64,000 nucleotides of DNA, taken from positions 12,030,001-12,094,000 of the forward strand of contig NC_045696.1 of assembly GCF_009834535.1 (NCBI RefSeq). Reading direction: 5' to 3'. How positions within the stretch are numbered: the first letter of the stretch is position 1; each line of letters starts with the position of its first letter. The notes beneath the pieces are model-generated. The model saw only the letters and a list, made by a program, of their open reading frames with translations. It had not been told where the DNA came from and ran no database searches. Below, piece by piece: positions 40,004 to 50,740 of the stretch. The position numbers and the translations under genes are program-made. The stretch comes from Camelus ferus (lineage: Eukaryota).

Positions 40004-41302
40004 GTGAGTAGAAGCTAAGGTATTTTTTGAGAAACATTCATCTTGACTGTTAATCCTGGGCACAACTTGACAAGAGTCTCTGAAGTGCTTTTCTGGTTTA
40101 CTGCTCTGTGTGGATTTCTGATTTGTCCTCCCTCAGCTGTGGATGCAAATCTTCATTTGAATCTATTCTGAAATTTATTACTTAAGTCTCTCTTGATGGG
40201 CCCTCAATTATTGTGCAAAGAAAATATGAGTGGTATTACCTTCAGAGATCTTTGCATGTAGTGCTTGTGGATAACTCACGTGATTTTTAGACAGTGTCAT
40301 CTTTTCCACACCCAGAGACATTTTTATATTAACCTTATGGAAGTGGTAAGTGGAGAGCTAGCTCTCTCGTACATAAAATGTGTTTTCTTTCTCTCTCACT
40401 TGCCCATGTGAAAACACCTTCACTGTGTATTTGAACATAGATCCCTTTCGAAATCTCCCTTTTCGCTATTTTTCAATCATAGTTTTGGTGGCCATAAATA
40501 CCGGATGCGTTGCAGGATGGCCAAGATCTTCCATGTTAATCAGCCCCACATACGTAGTTACTTGGGGAAGAGAATTTTCCGCTGACCTCCGGAGCGGCAG
40601 ATTGTATAGTTGTGCTGTGTGCTTGCAATCTGTAATTTCAAGTACTTGCTAAATTGCGAACAGCTCAATGTACTTTGGGCTCCTTTCTTCTTAAAAATTG
40701 CTGTGTGAGTAACACGGTTTTAGCCTATCCAAATCAACACCCACTTAAAATGTACTGCACCTTAGCACATTTGCTGTGGAATTAAATATTAAGTCCCAGA
40801 TCCCAGAAACTGCTTTGGAGAACCTTAGCTGTGCGGCAATTGGCTCGCCCTGTCAGCTGTACCCTTCAATTGAATTCAGAGCTGTAATTCAGTCAGAGGC
40901 GTTTGTGTTCTTTATAAATAGATTAGCATCATCATTCAGATAATTAGGGTAGATTTACATTTTTAAAGAAGTCTTAAACCAATTTCTGGAGTTATTAAAA
41001 CTGGCATCCTGATTTGTTCTACTAATTACAGCTCAGCTCTTGGTCTCCCTGGCTACCACCTCTCCGTATAGCTATTAAGTCCTAATTTTTTTTTTTTTTT
41101 TAATGGGGATGGGTCAAAGTGCTGTGATGAATAAATCTTGCAAATGGTTTTCAGTTTGTGGCTCTTGGGTTATTTGAGACCTGGACACCACTTTGTAACT
41201 TAACCAAATCTCAGTTTGCCTGTTCTGCAAAAAAAAAAAAAAAAAAAATTCTTATTTACCATATTATGAGAATGTCATAAATTGAGGAAACTTTTTATTA
41301 AA

Positions 41303-41430
41303 TTTTTGTTTGTTTGTTTTTGTGGTAGTGGGGTACTTAGGTTTTTATTTTTACAGGAGGTACCAGGGATTGAACCCAGGGCCTTGGATATGCTAAGTAT
41401 GCACTCTACCACTTGAATTATACCCTCCCC
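41303..41430 (-). mobile_element. tRNA-derived camelid-type SINE
   Basis: gggattgaacccagggcc...ctctaccacttgaattataccctcccc. Flanked by aggaaactttttatta and aggaagcatttttatta (degenerate TSD). Confidence 0.85.
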
Positions 41431-42932
41431 GCAAGGAAGCATTTTTATTAAGGGAGCTTATGATACCCACGATGTGGCATCAGTATTAATACTTAATCCT
41501 AAGCCACCCAAGTGGCTCTTTCCTTCTCCTGGAATTGATAGACTTTGGAGAAAATAATTTTGCTGTCTCCCTAAAACTTCTATGCCTTAATTATTTTCTG
41601 CAAAGCCATTGGAGCTAACCTCTCTGAGACAAGGAAGTAAAAGCCACTGAACTACCCATCCATAATTTGTCTCCAGAGTGTCTAATTTCCTCTATCTTCA
41701 ATATCTGTGATTTGTGCGTACTTTTCTTTTGATGGGCAAGCTGTTAAAACCCGGCCAGCTGAAGATTGGGGGTGGGAGGGTAAGTAACTCTTAGGTTTTT
41801 CTGGTCAGTGATTTTAAAGAAGACTGTTTAATTCCATACATGCAACTCTCTGTTCCTTTGTTAGTTTTTTGCTAGCTGCACCAGTGTCGCCCATCTGGCT
41901 GTCTGTATGTCCTTGCAAACTTCTCTTTTCCATGAGGGGTTTCAATCAGACAGATCAAGTTCAGCCTGTTGGGTATCTGTTCCTGTTTGTTGCTCTGTCT
42001 CCTATAGAAGATTCTGGGCAGGGAATTTTTACAGTCTGATTTATTGGATACTAATTTTTTCCTCCTATCCTTGTCATTTGACCCCAGAGAAATTTTTTCC
42101 CCCTTAGGATTGAAACATTCTTCAATCTAGCCTTTGTCCAGACTTTTTTTTCCCTTCTTTTAAGTGGGGGGCATGGGAGGAGGAGGAGGTGTGAGGGCAA
42201 CAGGGCTAGGGGAGGAGATCTGAGCTACAGTTTAAGTACCATTCACCAGGAGGGCTTCCCATAATGCTCAGTGATTTGCAGTAATTAACTGAAGGGTCCC
42301 CGCTGTACTCTTTGAAAGAAGGTTATCATTGTTCTTGTTTGCACAGATGAGCAGAATGATAGAGTAATCAGGTTCCGGCCACAAAGGGAGACATTGTGTG
42401 GGCAAAGATCATTGAGAAACTCTAGAGCTCTTGGCCAGCAGTTCTTTTGCCAGCTTTTTTTTCCCTTCCCTTTGCTCATTTTGAGCCATTATTGTCTTGG
42501 GGGTAGCAGTTACTTTTGCAGTTTACAAGGCCCCCAGCAGTTTAGAATCGTTGCTATAAGAACCTTAAATGAACAGCTCATTTGTTAAACAGAGTAAACT
42601 AACTGGTCAGCTGGTAACTGAGAATATTTATGGCTGTTTGAGTTTCTCTTCTGAACTCTTGTTTTTCTCAAATTATAAACTAAAGAGGTACTGTTTAATT
42701 GGCGTAACCATGTTATGTGGGCCCTCTGCTTCTGCTTTTTGATGTTTGTTTATTTATTCAATACATGTGGTGCTTGGCACATGTCAGTTACTGTCCTCTG
42801 ATTAGGGTTATAGCAGCAAATGGCCCCAGAGTTCCTGTCCTGTTGGGGCTTATGTTCTTGTGGGAGAGATGGAAAATAAATGAGTAAGCCATCAGATAAA
42901 CACAGTAAGTACAGATTTTGATGTGTGCTGTG

Positions 42933-42934
<2 letters not shown>

Positions 42935-42978
<44 letters not shown>
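42935..42978. repeat. (AC)22 microsatellite
   Basis: Read directly. Confidence 0.95.
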
Positions 42979-42980
<2 letters not shown>

Positions 42981-43109
42981 TTGACCCCTTTTTTCCCCAG
43001 GTTTTCTGTCTGGGGAGTCAACCAACTGAGGATTGAAAATATTAAAAAAAAAAATAGATTCCAGAAAGTTCCCAGAAGCAAAACTTGAATTTGCCCAATG
43101 AATTCCATA

Positions 43110-43282
43110 GTATTTACATGGTACTTACAACTATGTACATACAGTTTACATTGTATTAGGTAGTAAAAGTAATTAGAGGTGATTTAAAGTACACAGGGGG
43201 ATGTGTGTAGGTTATATGCAAATGCGACTTGAGCGTGGGAGGATTTTTGGTATCCTTGGGGGTCCTGGAACCAATTCTCCAT
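43110..43282. mobile_element. Tigger3-like TcMar DNA transposon fragment
   Basis: tttacattgtattaggt...gatttaaagtac...ggatgtgtgtaggttatatgcaaat...ggatttttggtatcc...gtcctggaaccaat. Confidence 0.8.
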
Positions 43283-44925
43283 GGGTACTGAAGGACGGCG
43301 CAGTGTGTGTTTGTGCACGTGCGTGCACGCGCATCTGCCTTTCTGTCTGTAGCTGTTTATAAATAAGAGACCCCATGGATGTTTTTTCTCTAGAATTTTT
43401 ACCGTTAGCATTATTTATTCAGTGGTTTTTAGCCTCATTTTGGCTAAGATAGACTTAACTGGTATTGACATAGTTACGTGAGCATCTATGTATGTCAGCA
43501 TATGATAATTTATTCCTTTTACAACCTTTGTTTACCTTTAGCTTAGAAAGTGGTGGAAATGGAGAAGAGAAAATGTTTACGTGTTTAATGTAAACATGTG
43601 CCTTTTGCTGTGTGACTCTGTTCCCCACAGCACCTTGAGTATAATTGTAGGTTAGCGCTCTTTCTGGGAGAGCGTTCCCATCATTGTCGTGGATGCCACC
43701 TTTTCACCTGCCCTGATCTGGGTTGTTCTTATGCGCTAAGCTGAGAAAATACGAGACCTCTTAGCTCCCTCCTCTTATTTGCTTTGAGGAAACCTCCCCC
43801 CTAACACCCTCACAGAGAAGCTGTTTTGATTCCTGTTCTAAGTGGGCGTGGGGGTCTTGGCCAGTCTGTTCAGAGGGCTTCCAGGCAGTTTACCCTGTTG
43901 ATACTGAAAACCCCAGGGCTGCGCACCTTGTAACCAACGTGCTGACTGCTGGGGAAGCTCCGTGTGTTACCCAACAGCATTCATCCCCAAGGATGCTGCC
44001 AGTTGGCAGCCGTCACTTTGGGAGCTGCCCGTGTGGGAATCTGTGACAAGTAAGTTCTGAGACATGTACCTCCAGCAACAAAGAGCAGGCGGGAAGTTTC
44101 GTTTCTAGTCTGGCTGTACCTCCTGGCACGCCCTCTTTTTGAAAGGAGAGCCCGTGGGTGGCCTATTGAGACCTCCTGGCAGAGGTTCCCTCAAGTTCCT
44201 GCGACTTTGCTTACAAGCCACAGGATAAAGTTCAAGCCTGAGTGATTGCCTGGGAAGAGCTTTATGGAGTCTTCACAGATTCTGCACGGACTTGAGCAGC
44301 TAGCGCAGTGGCAGATTTAGATTTGGCGTGTTCCCTTTTGAAATATTTGTCTGGGTTGCTGGCACCTTGCAAATATCTCAACAGAGTGTCACTTCCTTTT
44401 TTTTAAACAAAATAAAGCTTATATTCCCCTTCCACCTAACCATACGGTATGCAAGGCTAGTACGGTGGTCTCACTATCCTCGTGGACCTGGGTCCCTTCC
44501 ATCCAGTAGTTCTGCCATCCTTAAAAGGCTTCTACACAGGTGTCCTAGACTAGCTAACATGTGGCCCTTCCTGTCATCAGGATGGAGGAAAGTGAACGAT
44601 AATCGAAAACTCCCTCTTTTCAAGGACCAGTCCTGGAAATTGTAAATAACCCTTCTACTTACTTCCCATTGACCAGAACTTTATCAGAAGCCCATTCCCT
44701 GCTACAAGGAAGATAAGCCATCTTTTGGCTAGATGCTCAGTGACATCTGACTAGGGCAGAAGGCAGAATGATATTGAGGGACAGCTACCACTTGCTTAAT
44801 AAGGAAAGTGATTTTGTGTAATTCTGAGAAAACTAAATAGAAGAGATTGGTAAAATTAGATTTAAAATGGAATCACAGGAACCAACATGTGCTGTTTTCA
44901 CAATTTTTGCCAACACTTAGGCACC

Positions 44926-44973
44926 GTTTTGTTTTTTTTGTTTTGTTTTGTTTTGTTTTGTTTTGTTTTTGTT
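44926..44973. repeat. (TTTTG)n repeat
   Basis: Read directly. Confidence 0.85.
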
Positions 44974-45355
44974 AGAGTGGAGAAACAGCACTGTACCATT
45001 TGGAGAGACTCTCAAGAAAGTATGGTTAATTTAACTTGATGCTAGGGTTCAAGTGGGTGACCAGAAGCTCATCTAGTTCTTGGAAACATAGAATACACTT
45101 TATTTCTATTTTATGTATTTTTACTGATGATTTCAGACAGTGATTGAGTTTGCCAACCTTTTGTTTATATTGTGAATCCAGGAAGGGCGCTCAAAGTCCC
45201 CATAGGTCTAAGTCATGGATGAGGCGCTTTGGGTGGTGGGGTCAGTGTTGGCAGGCGTGAGGGAGGGGGAGTGGTCACTGGAGGGTGGGACCTGAAGGAA
45301 CAGGTGAGCGGTCCTGACACATCCCTCTTGGTGATGCTCCCTTTGCCATCCTCAG

Positions 45356-45502
45356 GTGGCCGCACGCACTGGTGAAACTGGAGTCAGAAGACGTACTCAG
45401 GCCATGTCCAGATCCGCAAGCAAGCGAAGGAGCAGGTTTTCTTCTCTTTGGGGTCTGGACACTACCTCCAAAAAGAAGCAGGGACGCCCAAGCATCAATC
45501 AG
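45356..45502 (+). CDS. TIAM1: TIAM1 coding exon 6 (147 nt): VAARTGETGVRRRTQAMSRSASKRRSRFSSLWGLDTTSKKKQGRPSINQ
   Basis: Acceptor cctcag|GTG, donor CAG|gtgggt, phase 0-0. Confidence 0.97.
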
Positions 45503-47883
45503 GTGGGTTCCAGGGTGGACGAGAAAGCAGATGTAGTTGCCTCCGTGGACACCTCACTTTGGGATGGACGTGCGTGGGTGTGTGTGGTCCCTTGATTGAC
45601 ACTGAGTATGATTTCACATCAACTAGCTGACACAAAGAATTGAGTTATGTTAGATGCTTTTACTAGCTCACGAATGCCCATAACATTGAACTCTGCTGTT
45701 AGTCTCCCACCAAGCTCCAGCCTCTCACCTGCATCCTTTTCAAACCCTGGTTAATTATAGATGCACTGAAAGTGCACATCTTCCTCAGTCTTCAGAGAAA
45801 AAGTAGCGCTTGTGGATGAAGCCAGGTGGGCACCTGACCAGTCTTCTAAGCTGCCCCTGGAGCTGGATCAAAGGCAGCCTTCCGGGATATCTGATTGTTT
45901 CTTGGCCCTTGACTTTTGGGGGTTGACATCAAATAGGCAGTTCTTCTCCCTGCCTGTGTGAGGAACCCGGAATCGGACAGCACTCACTCCCTGCCATGAC
46001 TCTCTGCTACTCAGGTCCCAGGGCTTCAGGGGATCTCAGTGCATCCTGAATGGCATCACCTAGGATGCAGCATCATTGGTCCTCTGATAACCAAATGCTC
46101 CGGCCTCATTACCTGGACTTCTTTATTAGCTGGGGCCACTTTCCTCCTGGAGTCACTTCTGGGAAACTCTCTTTCCACTGTCATTGTCATCCTTCTTCCT
46201 CGGCTTTGAAAAACAGGTGGGTCCGGAACTGCTTCAGATATTAGGGACTGAAAGAAAATGGATATTTGTCTTTCAGGAGGAAGAGAATGTCCAATCCCTG
46301 GGCTGCAGTGGCTGGAAAATGAGGTGTTGAGCATTTTGAGGTCATGACTAGGGTTGCCAGTTTGACCTGTTCACTCTGAGCCTTAAGCAAAGTGAGAAGC
46401 AGTCCATTGACTGATTCAATAACAAGATGTCCCGTTGTTTGTTCTGACCCATTCCAGCCATTTGTGTCCTTAAGAACTGGCATTTAAAAGGGAAATGAAT
46501 CCTGAAGGCTGATGTACTAAGTTCTTAGCTGACCCCCAAACTCATTATTTAAACCCTGTCTGGACCCCTAATGGAATGTGCAGGAGACCCAGTGAGCAGA
46601 TGGAAAGGGGGCCCGAGCCTGCGCAGTCATGTTTGTCCTGTGGCCTCTGGTGGCAGTAGAGCGACGTGTTGCCACCTGGGGTTTTGCTTCCATATAAATC
46701 TGAAGGAGAAATTGTTTAGAGGAAAGTCAGTATTTCATCAGAAAAATCACACGAGAGACTAGATGTCTCTTGATTAAACCTGCCAAAGGAGGACATTAAC
46801 CATCAGCGTTTCTCCCCTTCTTCTGGGAGGTGGTGGTGTCATTTGTGTGCCTCCTCTGTCCCTGCAGATGACTCAGATCATGGCTATATATGCATGTCAG
46901 GACTTCACAGTTGGCAACTCAGGTTGAATTTCTCTTCTATCAGAAGCTTTAGTTCAGCCGTGGGGTTCTGCTTTATGGGTGCAGGTTATGTTATGGTCCA
47001 TTGCTGCTGAAATTACATGATGGTCCATTGCTGCTGAAATATATGACCGAACTTAAATGAATCCAAGAGAACGTTTTAACTAATTTCTTTAAATCAAAGG
47101 ACCATATAATGTCTTATAAGCAACACTTGTTATTCTCTGTTATAGTAAGAGTTTAAAAAAAAAACTTATTTAGCTATACGTATACCAATAGAAATTTACT
47201 GTTAATTCAGTACATACAATAAACATACAATAGAGATTGTATGTTTCTATATATCTTGATGCGAAGGCTTTTTCTTAGTTTGTGTATATTATCCTGACAG
47301 TATATGCTTGGTTTAGAGACAATATATAAAATTTCTCATGTCTACATGTTTAGGTTTTCACCACCTAGTGGCATTGGTAACCTGCTGTGATTTTAACCAT
47401 CTTTAAGTTTGCAGGACTCATTAAATTTCAAGGGATAGACAAGTTAAAAAGCTTTTCCGTGGTTTTGTGATACAATAATTACACATGTATGTTCTCAGGT
47501 TCTGAGGATTAAAAAGTAAACTAATTATTATTGATAATTAGCTGATTAGGTGTATGATGCCACAACAGAAATTCTTCATTGTGAATGAATCTAGTTCATT
47601 GCTTTTGCAAGTTTATTTTGTTTCAATTTAGATAAATTATCCAGATTGAAAAGCCAACTTTAAAAAAAAAATTATCCAAGATGTGGGAAGTGATTTAGAT
47701 AGCGAAAATGTTTTTCATGGTCTGCTACTATAAATTGTTTTACCTGCTTTAGAATTTGACGTAAGATTATCTCAAACGTTCATAATGTTTTTTAATAGCC
47801 TGTTTGTTTTCCATCCCCCTTCCCATGCTTCATTTGCCCTTTTGCCTAGATTTCTTTTTAAGATGATACTTTTGTATGTGCAG

Positions 47884-47958
47884 GTGTTCGGTGAGGGAAC
47901 TGAGGCTGAAAAGAAATCTTTAGAGGGAATATTTGATGACACTGTTCCAGATGGCAAG
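47884..47958 (+). CDS. TIAM1: TIAM1 coding exon 7 (75 nt): VFGEGTEAEKKSLEGIFDDTVPDGK
   Basis: Acceptor gtgcag|GTG, donor AAG|gtaaaa, phase 0-0. Confidence 0.95.
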
Positions 47959-48358
47959 GTAAAAATAAACACGTGTTCCTTTTATAAAAGTACCACAAAT
48001 GCATCCACATTCACAATGCAGTGGTTTCTTGGGATCCTAAAATTAAGTAGACCCAGTATTAAAAGCAGAAATGATCAGTCCTTTAAAATTATGTAACAGG
48101 TTGACAAGAGATGGAGAAGCATTATATGTTTGAAACTTGATAGTGATAAGAACATTCTTCTGCTGACATCACATTTTCAATAGTTATCATTTGAATGTTT
48201 GAGTTTCCATCTAGAATGTGAGAGAACATTGGGGTTCTGGGTAGCTGAGGATTTTATGCCACTGTCAGTTCCTTTCATATATAACTTCCTTCTCCAGAGG
48301 TGAGTTCTAACCGCCCTCCCTCTCTACCCACAGTGCTGTTTTGCTTCGATTAATTTCG

Positions 48359-48502
48359 AAGAACTATTCTTTTTCACCATAAGCTGCTACAAGATATTGA
48401 ATATAGTTCCCTGTTCTATACACACAATTGACACAACATTGTAAACTGACTATACCTCAGTAAAAAAAAAAAGGTAAAAGTATGGGGGAAAAAAGAACTA
48501 TT
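48359..48502 (+). mobile_element. Very short 5'-inverted L1 insertion (twin priming) with 10-bp TSD
   Basis: Antisense L1 3'UTR piece (about 48366-48422) joined to the sense L1 terminus plus poly-A (about 48426-48472). aagaactatt occurs at 48359-48368 and 48493-48502. Confidence 0.7.
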
Positions 48503-50569
48503 ATGATAGGATGCTCTTTGAAAAATAAAAAAATGCATTTGCCTCCCAAGACAAGTATTCAATTAAAGATTCACAGACTTGGTTCAACCTTGTGCTTGGA
48601 TTTAAAAGGAGCTTTCAAACTGCTCTGATTGAGGACCCATAAAGAATATTGATTTTTTTTTTTTCTAGGCCACTTTTTTCAGCCTCTAAATAAATGGACC
48701 TTCCTTGTTTTAAAGACCCTTATGGTGATACCAGCAGCCTCTTTGTTTGGGGGGTTCTGATATTGATAATGTGACCTTGGTATGATCCTCTGGTTCTCAG
48801 AATCAATATGACAGAGTTTAGCTCTCGGTTGCCATGCAACCAAGCAGTGGCTCGCCCCACGTTTTAGACGGAGCTGAGCCTCCGAAACCAGAGTGCAGTG
48901 GGGGGAGTTCTGGCTATCAGGGGGATGGGGTGGGAGGAGTCGTCGTGTACAGGCCTTTTCTCCGTCTGATACCTAAACTATTCCTGGGTTATGTCATTGT
49001 GGATACAAAGGCAGCCGTCCTTGGAAATACCCATCCATGGCCCTCTCTTTGAGCATCTGTCTGTTTCTGATGAAATCTGATGAAATTAAATTGCTGTCCC
49101 TCTGTGCCGATCCAAGCTTAGTTTCTGATGTTCATGTAGCCATTTCTGAAGTTAGCAAATTCATCTTACATACCATTATCAGTATACTTTTAACATGAGC
49201 ATGTCTAGATCCTGGAAACTGCACAAGTTTTTCCCTTGGATTTCTGTGTCAGTTTTTTGTTTTTCCATTTTTCCAAGATTCCTCTCTATCCCACTGCTTG
49301 GCTGGAATGCCTTGTTCTCAAAGAGCAGTTTAGATGCAACACTTGGGTTTCTCTAGTACTAAGGGCACTTATTTAACGGGGCACGTGGGGACAGAGTGGG
49401 AAGATTCCAATGATAGTTAACGGGATTTAGGCAAGTTGATTGTGCTTTGACAATTCCTTCCCTGGGGTTCAATTTATCCATGAAAGCTACACCATCAAAG
49501 GCAGAGCTGAAATTGTCTTTTCAATTGAATTTTGTTTAGTAGCCTTTACGAAAGTGTTTCCCCCATTCTGGAATCTGTTCTGTTTTTTTCTTTCTAGACT
49601 TCCTGTGGAAATTTGTTTCTTCTTGTAATTTGCTGATAGCAGCAAATCCTCAGTAACCTGCGGATACCTATATACCAATCGGTGGCCTGGTTATAGTCCA
49701 ATAATCGGGGCTTATTACTTACCACATATTAAGCATCAGTATTGTTTTTACATTGCTGAAACCTAATGTAATTATTTTTTGCTTATTACAGAGAGATTAG
49801 GCTCCTAATATGTCATCAACTTATGGAGTGTTTTTTTGCTTTAGCTGCTTAGCTGGCTTAGATATAACCCAGCTGCTGACTGCATACACAGGATGCAGTT
49901 TCTCCCATTCTTAGAAACTTGATGCTACTCCCTGATCTTCAGGGAGAGTGATACAGAGGATGGAGTGATGGCAACAGCCTCAGGAGGTGTAAAGCTCATC
50001 CTTGAAGTTCTCTGAACCTCATCTGGGAAGTGGAGCTGCCTCCCTCCCAGAGTTGTGCTGGAGGTCAAATGTGAGCCCCTCAAAAGATGCTGCTTGTAAA
50101 TAGGCAGGGCTAGAGCACCAGCTTTTCTTTAAAAATTTGCTTTGTTGCCTTTGAAACGTGTAACTCACGTGGCTGGTAGTCTGGTCATAGGAATTCTCAG
50201 CTCTGAATTTGAAATGGGTTTATGGAAGAACTCATAGCAATAAGCTGAGCTGGATGGATGGCCCGTTTCCTTCTTTCTTTCTTCCTAATTTTGATACCCA
50301 CTCATTCATGCAGTGCCCACCCGAGGAAGCGTGGATCAGGTGTGAGGTCTGCCTCGAATCTGAGAACTCCACCTCTCCCCCACCCCCAGGAAAGCTCCTT
50401 TCTCTACAACGTCTTCCTCTCCCTGGGGAGTCCCCTCTGTCCTTCACCACTGCAGCCACGTCTGCCCGGGGCCCTTTTCCTAGGAACGGATAATCCTTGT
50501 GCCCCATCTGGGGAGCTAGGATCCTGAGAGACTGACTTGCTGCTCTGCTAACTTTATTTCTTATCCCAG

Positions 50570-50740
50570 AGGGAGAAAGAAATGGTCTTACCCAGCGTCC
50601 ACCAGCACAACCCTGACTGTGACATTTGGGTCCACGAGTACTGCACTCCATCCTGGTTCTGTCTGCCAAATAATCAGCCAGCCCTGACCGTCGTCCGGCC
50701 TGGGGACACGGCCCGGGACACCCTGGAGCTGATCTGCAAG
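50570..50740 (+). CDS. TIAM1: TIAM1 coding exon 8 (171 nt): REKEMVLPSVHQHNPDCDIWVHEYCTPSWFCLPNNQPALTVVRPGDTARDTLELICK (start of RBD)
   Basis: Branch-like gctaac, acceptor atcccag|AGG, donor AAG|gtatga, phase 0-0. Translated manually. Confidence 0.96.
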
